A stretch of DNA of 64,000 bases from Candidatus Latescibacterota bacterium. GTDB lineage: Bacteria; Latescibacterota; UBA2968; GCA-2709665. Below are positions 39,005 to 48,846 of this stretch, one piece after another. The DNA is taken from positions 2,880,001 through 2,944,000 of the forward strand of contig OZ250150.1 of the NCBI GenBank assembly GCA_965237675.1, in the 5' to 3' direction. The translations under genes and the position numbers were made by a program. How positions within the stretch are numbered: position 1 is the first letter of the stretch; each line of letters starts with the position of its first letter. The notes beneath the pieces are model-generated. The model was not told where the DNA came from. It was given only the letters and a program-made list of their open reading frames with translations, and did no database searches.

Positions 39005-39253
39005 CATCCCGATCGTGCGGTGGCAATCTGGAAGGAATTGGCGGAGAAGCAGATCGCCCGGGTAAAGCCGAGGGCGTACCAGGAGGCGGTTCCATATCTG
39101 CGCAAGGTCAGAGATGTACTCACTCTGTCACGTCGCGAGGGGGAATGGCAAGAGTACCTGGCCGTCTTGAGACAGAAGAACAGTCGCAGGCCCCGATGCC
39201 TGGAGGAGTTGGATCGTTTGGAGGGTGGCCGCCGGCGAATTATGGACAGTTAA
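39005..39253 (+). pseudogene. 3'-terminal fragment of a second SWIM-protein paralog
   Basis: Co-linear with 36501-36749 (HPDRAV.IWK.LAE..VKPRAYQ.AVPYLRK..RPRCLEELDRLE.GRRRIMD); many differences are synonymous. Confidence 0.85.
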
Positions 39254-40096
39254 GCCAGGTCCGAACCTTAACGACGTCCCCGCCAGCCCCAGTTAGCGAA
39301 CGCTCATCCCAAAACGACCCGTCTGCAACTCTGGTCGGCAGTCTGTTTAGTACAATCTTTTTTACCTACCTTATGAAGGAGGACCCAATGAACGAAGAGT
39401 GGAACCCGTTAGCCGCCACGGCACTTCTTGATGCATTTCGTCAACAGGTGCCGAAACGCTCCGAGCGCCCGCAGACCGTCATGGAAATTTCCGGTTACCC
39501 CCACTACGAGAATGTGTGCAGCAATATTCTCGCTTTCTTCTTTGATCCCGGCAAGCCGCACGGTCTTGGAACGCTGTTTCTGGATTCTCTCGCACGGATT
39601 GGCGGAATCGAGGATCAAGGCGCCTCTCTCGGCGGCGATGTCGAGATTCACCGAGAAGTACACACCGGTGGCGGAAATTTCATCGATATCCTTATAAAGA
39701 CTGGTAGTTATGCCATTGTGATCGAAAACAAGATTTTCGCGGGTGCTGATTACAATCCATTGGACGACTACGCGAAGCACATCAGTACTCTGGATCAACC
39801 CAACAAGTGCAAGTTTCTTCTGACTCTAAAACCTATCGCGGAAGATATCGAAAACCAAATCGAGAAGCATGGGTTCCTTAACATTACCTATTGTAAGCTG
39901 ATTTCGAAAATCCGTGGCCGGCTTGGCCATTACGTTGCAGGAGCGGATACCCGGTATCTCACATTTGTGCTCGATTTTCTAAATACACTTGACAATTTGC
40001 TGGAGGGTAGGGTAATGAACATGGAATTAGCGGAATTTCTGGCTAAAGATAACAACTCTGGGGAAGTAGCGCGCATGTTTCATGAGATCGAAACAT

Positions 40097-41910
40097 GAGT
40101 CCACTCCGAAAAGTCGAGTTTACTTATTGAGGAAAAAGTACTAAATTTCAAGGTGAGAAGAGGTTTCAAAGTTGCGGACGTATAAAGGAAAAAGCGAGGG
40201 TATAGAATCAATGTATAAGAGAAGCGCGTCATGCAGCCAACCGGATCTGTTTTCGGGCTTCGAGTCGCATTTCAAGAGGCGCAAGCAGGACCAGTTGAAT
40301 GATCCGAAGTCGTGGCATAATCTGTTTTACCAGCACGTCACGTCAAAGATAGAAGAGGATGTGTTTTCGGTGTTGTTTGATCCCAACCAAGGCCGCCCCA
40401 ATGCGCCGATTCGTCACCTGGTGTCGATGATGATCTTGAAGGAGGGCTTTGGGTGGAGCGATGCCCAACTATTCGAGCATTGTCGGTTCAACATCCTGGT
40501 GATGCGGGCATTGGGGTTGATGAATCTATGCGATGAAGTGCCTGCGGAGTCCACGTATTATTTGTTCAAGCAGGCCTTGTATGCGGATCAACTCGAAGCC
40601 GGTCGAGATCTGATTGGAGAGACCTTTTCCAGCTTGACACAGACGCAGGCCAACGCCTTTGGTGTATTAGGTCAGCACATCCGAATGGACAGTAAGTTGA
40701 TCGGCTCTAACATTGCCCTGTGTTGTCGGTTGCAGTTGGTGGTGCGTTGCTTACAAGGGTTCTGGGGGTCGCTGGACAAGGCCCAAAAGCGACGATCATC
40801 GGCAAAAAATCAGCAGGTTTTGGACGGATTGCTGAAGGTGAAGGCGCATCAGGTTGTCTATGGTCTCACCCGCGCTGAAAAGTGTGAGAAGCTGCAGGAA
40901 TGCGGGCAGTTATTGAGCAGGCTTCAAGCGACCTATACCGACGAAGACAGCGGTCACTACGGTCTGATCGTGCGTGTTATGGGGGATCAATATACCGTTT
41001 TATCGTCCTCCAAACAGGTGCTTCCGAAGCCTCCTAAAGAGATCTCCTCATCCTCCTTGCAGTCTGCCGATGATGAAGATGCGACCTTTCGCAGGAAAGG
41101 GAAGGACAAGGTGAAAGGATACAGTGTCAACCTCACCGAGACCTGTGGTGAGGACGGCCTCAATTTGATCACGGACGTTGACGTCAAACCGGCGACGACG
41201 CCCGACAATGCGTTTGTACAAGCGGCCATCGAGCGGACGCAACAGGTCGTGGGTGACGCCTTGGAAGTGTCAATGGATGGGGCCTATAATGATCAATCCA
41301 ACGCCGAGTATGCAAAAGAACAGGACAAGCAATTCTATTACAGTGGCCTGCAAGGAACCCCAGGACGTTTCATTTATGAACGCACAGAAGATGGCGTCAC
41401 CGTCATCGATCAACAAACCGGAGAGGTTCACATAGCCCAAGAATACAAACCGGGAAAATACAAAATCATCATGGATGGCAAACCCCGATACTTTAAAGAA
41501 CAGCACATCGACAATTACCTCAAACGCAAACAGATTGAAGCCCTGCCTGACCACATCAGAAACCGACGCAATAACGTCGAAGCCAGCATCTTTCAGTTGA
41601 GCTACTACACCAAAGATGGCAAGACGCGCTATCGCGGACTGAGGCCACACCAATTGTGGGCGCACTGTCGCGGCTTATGGGTCAACCTCGTTCGGATCAA
41701 GAACTACCTCGCAACACCTCCGATGCTCCCCGCATAAGGGGGGGTTTCTTGCAAAAACCTCCATACCATAGGCCCTGAGCAACTTCGTAGGTTGCCCCTG
41801 AGTTGATTTGCCGCACCTACACGTTATATCGTCGCCACACGCTAAATCACAATACCCAACCCTGACCACTTACATCAGGCCTTTATAACCCCCGTTTTCG
41901 GAGGGGACTC
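40097..41910 (+). mobile_element. Insertion sequence, IS5/IS1182-like, 1814 bp, 6-bp TSD AAACAT
   Basis: TIRs GAGTCCACTCCGAAAA and GAGTCCCCTCCGAAAA; AAACAT at 40091-40096 and 41911-41916. Confidence 0.92.
40172..41737 (+). CDS. DDE transposase (intact frame)
   Basis: GRPNAP..ILKEGFGWSD (DUF772-like), RMDSKLIGSN, DEDATFR, MDGAY, RNNVEASI. The start may be ATG 40211. Confidence 0.88.
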   Translation: MRTYKGKSEGIESMYKRSASCSQPDLFSGFESHFKRRKQDQLNDPKSWHNLFYQHVTSKIEEDVFSVLFDPNQGRPNAPIRHLVSMMILKEGFGWSDAQLFEHCRFNILVMRALGLMNLCDEVPAESTYYLFKQALYADQLEAGRDLIGETFSSLTQTQANAFGVLGQHIRMDSKLIGSNIALCCRLQLVVRCLQGFWGSLDKAQKRRSSAKNQQVLDGLLKVKAHQVVYGLTRAEKCEKLQECGQLLSRLQATYTDEDSGHYGLIVRVMGDQYTVLSSSKQVLPKPPKEISSSSLQSADDEDATFRRKGKDKVKGYSVNLTETCGEDGLNLITDVDVKPATTPDNAFVQAAIERTQQVVGDALEVSMDGAYNDQSNAEYAKEQDKQFYYSGLQGTPGRFIYERTEDGVTVIDQQTGEVHIAQEYKPGKYKIIMDGKPRYFKEQHIDNYLKRKQIEALPDHIRNRRNNVEASIFQLSYYTKDGKTRYRGLRPHQLWAHCRGLWVNLVRIKNYLATPPMLPA

Positions 41911-42470
41911 AAACATGCAATCATGAACTCCGCAAAAAGGTTTCGGATCTTGGGGCAATTCTAAAGGATGTTGCCGCCTTTGAAAATGTAGACCAGTGGA
42001 AGTACAGATCGAAGTTTTCCCTTTATGACAGCCTCGTACACGTTATAGACCGTTCTCCGTTTAATAACAAGATTTCAGTGGACACGATTATTGAACCTGG
42101 AGGTTGGAAGATCCACATATTTCTCCGTGGCAAATCTGTCAGTTCCGATAATCTGCAAGAATTGCGAAATCTGCTTAAGGAGTGGCAATTTGAAGAGCCT
42201 GATGAAAAAGAGAGTGGTGTTTTCATCTTGACAGAAACCTTCATCTATGACGAAGTGGATCTGGAAAAAATCGCTTGCCTGGTCCGAACGGTCGTAAAAA
42301 GGCTCGCCAACAGCGACGGCGCTTCATAGGCAGGGCCCATAGTCACGGATGGCTGCATCGGATACCGCGTGTTTGCCGAAGTGTCTAGAAAAAAATCGTC
42401 AAAACTGCCATTGACTCACACGGTCCTCAAATGTTGGCACTTGCACGTCGAAGGTTAAATGGACAGAAAA

Positions 42471-42625
42471 CTCAAACACAGACGCCAAGACACAGAGGGG
42501 AAACCCGAAAAATGAGACTGTAGCAATTTGCGATACCTTCCAAATACGGGTTACGATTTCGATGATCGGGATCTTTGTTGGGGCGGTTCGCGAACTGCCC
42601 TGCGCTTGTGTGGTCGACGCGGACG
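42471..42625 (+). repeat. Palindrome+REP module, copy C
   Basis: CTCAAACACAGACGCCAAGACACAGAGGGGAAACCC, TGTAGCAATTTGCGATA (42519-42535), and GGGCGGTTCGCGAACTGCCC at 42581 (62 bp offset). Confidence 0.75.
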
Positions 42626-42677
42626 CGATGTTCTCTGTCGTATTCACGCGGTTCCTCGATAATGCCCGTATTCCGCC

Positions 42678-42875
42678 CGGTGGCGGAGATGGGGCTTTTC
42701 CGCGCTATTCCGTCCACCGCCGTCCCGTGGGGAGTGCTGAAAACTTCGCAGGGCACAGCTCATTGCCGCCATCACCGGAGTGGTTCGCGGAAAAGCAGCC
42801 CCGCGGCGTTTGAGCGGCGCGGTTCTTTTTGGTCCTTTTTCTTGGGCGTACAAGAAAAAGGACGAAGAGAAAAAG
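42678..42875 (+). repeat. Structured intergenic repeat, copy 1
   Basis: GGGGCTTTTCCGCG..CGCGGAAAAGCAGCCCC stem and CCTTTTTCTTG-GGCGTA-CAAGAAAAAGG hairpin; homologous to the minus-strand copy at 60188-62149. Confidence 0.75.
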
Positions 42876-43150
42876 AAAGCTGAAGGGAGAGTAGATGCCT
42901 GTATTCGCCCGGAACGCAGTTCCAGAATGGATTGTCCGCCGACAGGCGACCTGCCGGGAACGCAGTTCCGGGCAAGGATTGTCCAGCAATACAGAACGTA
43001 ACAGGATGCTATGGGTCAAACGCAAAAGGACCATTCAACGCAGATTCTCGCAAGGATGCGTGTTTCCCCTCCACCCCTGCAGCGGGGTTGAGGCGCGATT
43101 CGTCCGGAAGTACAACTGATAACCAAGTCGTTAGAATATCGAGGTGATCC

Positions 43151-43939
43151 ATGGATCTGAATCTGAAGGGAAAAATCGCGCTTGTGACCGGCGCGAATCG
43201 AGGGATTGGTCTCGCAACGGCAATCGGTCTGGCCAGGGAAGGGTGCGACATTGCCATCTGTGCACGGAGGGAGGAGACGCTCGCACAGGCGTCCGAGCAG
43301 ATTGGAGCGCTCGGTGTCCGCGTTGCCGCCATTCGGGCCGACGTGCAGAATCCGGACGACGCTGGGCGGTTTGTGCACGAAGCGGCCGCGCAACTTGGCG
43401 GAATCGATATTCTGATCAACAACGTGGGCGGCCGATCCGGCGACAGGCTGATGGATTCCAGCGACGAGGATTGGGTGGAGACCTTCGACAAGAACGTTTT
43501 CCAGGGGGTTCGATTGACGCGCCTCGTGGTCCCTCACATGCGGGCGCGCGGCGGGGGATCGGTGGTGTTCATTTCTTCCATCTCGGGATGGATACCGCAG
43601 TTGAGCGGCGCGGTGCAGTACGGCGCGTCCAAGGCCGCCCAAATCTTCATGGCCGAACCCATGGCGCTTGAACTGGTGCACGACCGGATCCGGGTGAACG
43701 TGGTATCGCCGGGATCGATTGTCTTTGAAGGAGGCGGGTGGGACAATTTGCGTCAAGAAAAACCGGAGGCGTACGCCGCTTACGAGAAGAACGGATTTCC
43801 CATGGGCGGACTCGGCTCGCCCGAAGACGTCGCGGACGTGGTCGTGTTTCTGGCTTCAGATCGCGCCCGCTGGGTGAATGGCGAAAACATCCGAGCCGAC
43901 GGCCTTGAGCAGCCTGTTCCGGTGGCACGTCCGTGGTAA
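43151..43939 (+). CDS. Short-chain dehydrogenase/reductase (SDR)
   Basis: TGANRGIG, NNVG, SSISG, YGASK, NVVSPG. Confidence 0.93.
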   Translation: MDLNLKGKIALVTGANRGIGLATAIGLAREGCDIAICARREETLAQASEQIGALGVRVAAIRADVQNPDDAGRFVHEAAAQLGGIDILINNVGGRSGDRLMDSSDEDWVETFDKNVFQGVRLTRLVVPHMRARGGGSVVFISSISGWIPQLSGAVQYGASKAAQIFMAEPMALELVHDRIRVNVVSPGSIVFEGGGWDNLRQEKPEAYAAYEKNGFPMGGLGSPEDVADVVVFLASDRARWVNGENIRADGLEQPVPVARPW

Positions 43940-44099
43940 TCGTGAAGTGGTAGGGGTAAAACGCCAGCGAGCAGAGGAAGAACCGCCGCACGTGGTTGAA
44001 ACTGCGAGTCGATGGCCCGAAACGGGCGTATTCCCATCGTCTGAAGAGGGGGCGCCATGGGTCGTGTCAGGACACCGGAAACATAGAGGACGTAGCGGG

Positions 44100-44759
44100 A
44101 TGAGGAGCTCGGACGAAGATCTGAATACGAGGCGGTCGCGGACGCGGGAGATTATCAGAAATCTGAGAGGCATTTACCCCGGCGTCGAGTGTTCGCTGAC
44201 CTATGAGAATCCGCTTCAGTTGTTGATCGCCACGATTCTTTCGGCGCAGTGTACGGACGAACGGGTCAATATGGTGACGACCGGTCTCTTCGAGCGGTAT
44301 CCGACGGCCGCGGATTTTGCCGACGCGCCGCTGGAGGAATTGGAAGACCTGATCCGTTCGACGGGGTTCTTTCGCAACAAAGCGCGAAACATCCAGGGCT
44401 GCTGCCAGGCGCTGGTCGATATCCACGGCGGCGAGGTGCCGCGTTCCATGGATGAACTGGTGGCGTTGGACGGCGTTGGAAGAAAGACCGCCAACGTCGT
44501 TCTGGGCAACGCGTTCGGCATCGCCGCGGGCGTTGTGGTGGATACGCACGTGCGCCGGATTTCCAATCGATTGGGCCTGACCCGGCGGCAGGATCCGGTA
44601 AAAATCGAGCAGGATCTGATCGCGCTGGTACCGAGGAAAGACTGGGTGGACTTGCCGCACCTGTTTATTCATCATGGACGGGCGATATGCAACGCCAGGT
44701 CGCCCGATTGTGACGGGTGTGGCGTTGGGGCGCTATGCCCGTCACAAGGAAGGGCTTGA
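44100..44759 (+). CDS. nth: Endonuclease III
   Basis: LLIATILSAQCTDERVN, GFFRNKA, GVGRKTANVV, VDTHV, C-x6-C-x2-C-x5-C Fe-S motif. Confidence 0.95.
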   Translation: MRSSDEDLNTRRSRTREIIRNLRGIYPGVECSLTYENPLQLLIATILSAQCTDERVNMVTTGLFERYPTAADFADAPLEELEDLIRSTGFFRNKARNIQGCCQALVDIHGGEVPRSMDELVALDGVGRKTANVVLGNAFGIAAGVVVDTHVRRISNRLGLTRRQDPVKIEQDLIALVPRKDWVDLPHLFIHHGRAICNARSPDCDGCGVGALCPSQGRA

Positions 44760-44875
44760 CGCTCTTCCACGCAAGAAACGACCGTTTCACGCCCCGTATT
44801 TCGACCCTCAGGGAGGTGTTCGCTCGATGTTTGCTTCTGTCGCTAAGAACGCGAAAAATTTCTGAAAATTGGGGC

Positions 44876-44904
44876 TTGACTTTCGGCATCCGCAAGGATA
44901 AATT
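44876..44904 (+). promoter_or_regulatory. sigma70-type promoter TTGACT-17-TAAATT
   Basis: About 180 nt upstream of the dksA-like gene. Confidence 0.5.
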
Positions 44905-45090
44905 TTTGTCCGCAAAATTCGACCGGGTACGGTTTGGATCGGGACCGGGACTCGGGGCCGATCCAGTTGAGAAATGCTGTGTTGAATTGTGTGCAACTGC
45001 GGGAGAACTGTAGCAATATCGTTTAGGGTTGTCGATATCGGGTGCAGTTTACGGGAATCACATATGGCGCCGGGGAGGCAAAAAGTGAAC

Positions 45091-45525
45091 ATGACTGAGA
45101 TACTGACTCCTGAAAGGCTGGCGTTTTACAAGAAGCTGCTGCTGGATCGAAAAAAAGATCTGCTGAAACACACCCTCCTGGAAGATGCCGACATCAACGA
45201 ACTGAGGAGAGACCGCTCGGCGGATCCGTTCGATATGGCTGGCAACGCGAATTCACTGGAGTTGATGGCGGCCCTGGGCAATAACGAAAGGCGGGAGCTT
45301 GCAGAGATTGACCATGCCCTGGACAAGATCGAAAACGGTACGTACGGTATCTGCGAGGTGTCCGGGGAACTGATCGGCGAACTCCGGCTGGAAGCCATCC
45401 CCACGGCGCGGTATACGATGCAGGTTCAGCAGGAGCGGGAGCGAAATCCTCAAATGATCGACCGGCCAAATCGGAGAGTCATTTCGGCAGAGGACCTGCC
45501 GGTGAGCAGTGACGACGATTCATGA
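45091..45525 (+). CDS. TraR/DksA family transcription factor (single-Cys globular domain)
   Basis: DPFDMA (DxxDxA), EIDHALDKIENGTYGICEVSGELI..RLEAIPTARYT. Confidence 0.88.
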   Translation: MTEILTPERLAFYKKLLLDRKKDLLKHTLLEDADINELRRDRSADPFDMAGNANSLELMAALGNNERRELAEIDHALDKIENGTYGICEVSGELIGELRLEAIPTARYTMQVQQERERNPQMIDRPNRRVISAEDLPVSSDDDS

Positions 45526-45544
45526 GGCGGGGCGAAATGAAAGC

Positions 45545-45581
45545 AAAAAAGGGCGATTCAGGATCCGGTCGCCTTTTTTTT
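45545..45581. terminator. Bidirectional Rho-independent terminator
   Basis: A6-GGGCGAT..GTCGCC-T8. Confidence 0.75.
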
Positions 45582-45619
45582 GGCGGGTACCATTAAGGGT
45601 GGTAGCATCCCGGCAAGGA

Positions 45620-47046
45620 GGTCAAGTACTATTTTTAGTTGAAATAGCAGAGGCGTTCAATCAGCGGCGAAAGCGTTTTGCGTGTCATGATCGAGCGCGA
45701 GATGATTGCGTAGGGCAAGTCTGAGGGCGGGAAGAAACCGGAACCCCTTGATCCTCCGCAACCGGGGCTGGATATCCAAAAGGGCCGTTGCCAGCCACCG
45801 GTATCGCTGATCGGAGTTATTCCATCGTTTCACATTACGGGTGCGCTGTGCGATCATGGCGTTGAGGGATTCGATACAGTTGGTGGTGCGAAACGATTGC
45901 TTGCGTTGTGGCATCAGTCCCAGGCGATGGAGGGTGAGGGTTTCTTCGAGCCCTTCCTCCAGGCTGTTGAGGGCCGATGCATTCATCAGGGTCAGGGAGG
46001 GCTTGAGGGCATACAGCGCGGCTTTGGCTTCTATGTGCGTGTCCATGTCGTAGGCACTTTGAAGCGCTTTCTTGACCTCACTCTGCTGTGTCTTGGGCAA
46101 ATAGGCGATCACGTTCTCCCGTTTGTGCCACTGACAGCGTTGAATGGCGACATAACCGGAAAGAGCTTTTGTGAGGGCACTATACAAGCCCTTTGAGCCG
46201 TCGATGAGGCAAAGCAGCCCCTGATGATACTGCAACCCGCGATGGATGAGCGAATCCACAAACTGCCGGCACACGCGCTCATTTTCGCTGGCGGCCTGGA
46301 CAAAGCCCAGTGGGATCTTGTGTCCCTGGATCGTCACGCCAAGGGCGATGATCATTTCCTGATCGGCAAAGGTCTTGCCATCCATAAACAGCGCCACGAG
46401 GTCATAGCCGGACAGAGGCCGTTCTTGAAACTGCTTCAGTTTTGCCCCTGAAGCCTTAATGAACCGCCTTGAGACCGTCGACGAAGACAGGCCAAACGCC
46501 TCTCTGGCACCGCCTCGGCGCAACTCGCGTAAGAACGCGTGGCAATGCCGTTGACCACGCGAAGCAGCAGCCCTTCATCCATCGCTTTCGGGCGCTGCAG
46601 GCGGCGATAGACCTCTAAAGGGACTTCTACATTGGCTTCCACGTCGCGCACCCGCGGCACAGAAATGGGCACTTTCTGATCTGACAAATACACCGATCCC
46701 GGTTGCGTGCCCCACCGTCGATTCGGGGTCTTTCCCCCTTTTCGACTGTTTTTCTGGCCCGACAACCCGTTGACCTCGCCCTGTAGGACTTCTTTCACAG
46801 CTTCCAAACCAAGCGGGATCAACGCCTGGATCAATGCCACGCGGACGTCCAGTTCCGACAGCGCTTCTTCAAGATCCATGCCGGAGGTTAAACCGGCATC
46901 CGTATTCAACTTGACTTCACGGAGGTTCGACGGTACTTTTTTCATCACAGGCTCCTTTGCTTGAGGATACAGTTTTCTTCCGCGAGACAACTGCATCCAA
47001 TTTACATGGGAGCCTCTTCTATTTCAACTAAGATAGATACAATCCC
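45620..47046 (-). mobile_element. IS256-family element
   Basis: Imperfect ~35-bp TIRs sharing TTAGTTGAAATAG.AGAGGC; no matching TSD. Confidence 0.8.
45657..46945 (-). pseudogene. IS256 (Mutator-type) transposase, frameshifted
   Basis: MDGK, IDGSKGL, QRCQWHK, RTTNCIESLN. An extra 2 nt in a GAGAG run near 46500 splits CAEAVPE|AFGLS. Confidence 0.85.
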
Positions 47047-47574
47047 TTTTGTGGCGATACGATCCAGACACTTGAGAATCGGGCGAAAGAGTGCGATCTA
47101 CGGGCAGCCGATGTCCAAGCGTTGGATGACGAGGACGCGGAGGTCGAAAGACAAACGGCAGAGTTTGAAGAGTCTAATGTGCCGGGTATATACGTGTATA
47201 CCTACCCTCACTACTACCGCAATCCAGTTGTTCCGGCGACAGATGATTCTGACGCTAGGACGTACCTGAAAGTTGGAGAGTCTGAGGTAGATGTCCGTAA
47301 ACGTATTAAGGTCCAAACCACGGGAATGCCTGAATCTGCAAAGGTTCTGCAGATCTGGGTAACAGAGGGCGAGGGCGATTTAGAGGAAATTGAAGGGAAG
47401 ATCCAAGATCACCTGCGTATGGTTGGTCATGGAAAGCCCGGTGGTAAGCGTAAGGAGTGGTTCCTAACGAATGAAGATTCCGTAGCCTCAACCGCTTCTC
47501 TCGCTGGCCTGACGTTCAAATTTGACCACCGGGTGCCTTCAACGAATAAAACGGGAAATGCGACTAGAGCTTAG
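47047..47574 (+). pseudogene. 5'-truncated GIY-YIG/T5orf172-like nuclease
   Basis: GIYVYTY..LKVGES..VRKRI..TTGMPE..EGKIQDHL..KEWF. The frame is open right up to the IS end. Confidence 0.65.
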
Positions 47575-47671
47575 AATGGCAAGAATACCCTCTGTGCCTA
47601 TATTAGTGAGACAATGTCCCATTAGAAATTAGAGAACAATGTAGAGGACGAAGGTGCGCCATCACCTAAAT

Positions 47672-47699
47672 GTAGGGCAACCACGAGGGTTGCCCCTAC
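47672..47699. repeat. GTAG-type REP hairpin
   Basis: GTAGGGCAACC-ACGAG-GGTTGCCCCTAC. Confidence 0.7.
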
Positions 47700-47767
47700 G
47701 CTGGACGGAGGATCCGATCGGGGGCCGTGGTTGGCGTTAGTGGGCCGGGATTGTGAGGCTTATGATC

Positions 47768-47801
47768 AAAGAGGGCGACTCTTTTTGGAGTCGCCCTCTT
47801 T
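47768..47801. terminator. Bidirectional terminator
   Basis: AAAGAGGGCGACTC..GAGTCGCCCTCTTT between convergent genes. Confidence 0.8.
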
Positions 47802-47883
47802 GCTGTCGTGTCTTTGTCCGGATTTTCGTCGAATCCGGCGCAAGCCGATCTTCATTCACCTGTGATGCTACCGCCGGCGCGAG

Positions 47884-48645
47884 TCATTTCCTCACAGCGT
47901 CGACCATGCTCCGGCATCCATGCAGATAGATGCCCGTATCGACCGAAATGGCGATATATCGAACGCCGGCGTCGATCCAGCGTCTGGCCGCGTCCGGGCT
48001 GTCCGCGAAGGTACCCACGGTGAGGCCGGCCCGATTGATCTGCACTGTCGCCTCCCGCATCCGGTCCACCACCCTGGCATCGTGCACCTGGCCTGGAATT
48101 CCCAGGGATTGGGAGAGATCGTAGGGCCCGAGGAAGACGACGTCGAGGCCGGGTACGGAGATGATGCCATCGAGGTTTTCGAGGCCCTCCACACCCTCCA
48201 CGTGGATGAGAACCATCGATTCCCGGTTCAGGCGCTCGAAGATCTGGCCGCCTTCCGAGAAGTACCGGGCCGCGCGCGTGTAGGGTGAGACGCCCCGCAT
48301 CCCTAGCGGCGCGTACTTTGCTGCCGCAACGAGCGATTCGGCGTCGGATCGGGTGCATATCTGCGGGACCTGGACGCCTTCCGGGCCGATGTCCAGCGCA
48401 CGGAGCACCTGAGGCGGGTCGTTTTCACGGACGCGGACGATGGGGGAAATACCCGCGCCTTTTGCCACGCGGCAGAGGTTTTCGGTGGTTTCGATGTCCA
48501 GTGGACCGTGTTCGGTATCCAGAATGACAAAGTCAAAGCCGGCGTACGCGGCGATTTCGATGAGCGCGCCGGAAGCGAGGTTGACAAAGGGTCCCAGGAC
48601 AACCTCACCGGCGTTCAGTTTGTCTTTCAGGCTGATTTCAGACAT
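47884..48645 (-). CDS. HpcH/HpaI aldolase family protein
   Basis: GFDFVILDTEHG, PIVRV, ALDIG, YAPLGMRG, FLGPYDLS. Confidence 0.92.
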   Translation of the reverse strand: MSEISLKDKLNAGEVVLGPFVNLASGALIEIAAYAGFDFVILDTEHGPLDIETTENLCRVAKGAGISPIVRVRENDPPQVLRALDIGPEGVQVPQICTRSDAESLVAAAKYAPLGMRGVSPYTRAARYFSEGGQIFERLNRESMVLIHVEGVEGLENLDGIISVPGLDVVFLGPYDLSQSLGIPGQVHDARVVDRMREATVQINRAGLTVGTFADSPDAARRWIDAGVRYIAISVDTGIYLHGCRSMVDAVRK

Positions 48646-48846
48646 TGTGCATCTCCGCGACAGGGGACTGAGTTATGGAACCGTTGAGTCGTTCAATATA
48701 GGCTGCTGCAGATGTCGTGTAAAGTGGAAAGGCCGGTAGCTGATGTGGAACTGAGGTTTCATCCCCACCGCCGGCCCGGCTTGACTTTCGACCGCCGCTT
48801 CCTTATATATGACAAACAGGACACTTGCAAAGGGAAGGAGGCCGGT

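Larger units (their letters stand above)
39388..42329 (+). pseudogene. PD-(D/E)XK nuclease family gene interrupted by an IS
   Basis: ENVCSNILAFFFDP..HGLG..FL, REV, IDILI, IENKI. Removing 40097-41916 rejoins the frame (HEIET-CNHELRKK...) to the stop at 42329. Confidence 0.85.

Noticed and set aside
36501-39253. SWIM 3' duplicate as a diversity-generating retroelement TR/VR pair
   Set aside because: Differences are largely third-position and involve all bases rather than being adenine-specific, and no reverse transcriptase is in the window.
38782-39387. 200-aa N-terminal extension of the PD-(D/E)XK ORF
   Set aside because: It overlaps the SWIM remnant in another frame and looks non-protein-like; an AAGGAGG RBS supports the start at 39388.
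26100-42330. Classical integron or CALIN
   Set aside because: No tyrosine integrase was seen, and no convincing RYYYAAC...GTTRRRY attC sites were found by eye between the cargo genes.
46490-46510. Programmed frameshift in the IS256 transposase
   Set aside because: IS256 transposases are single ORFs. The break is a 2-nt expansion in a GA run, so it is a mutation or an assembly error.
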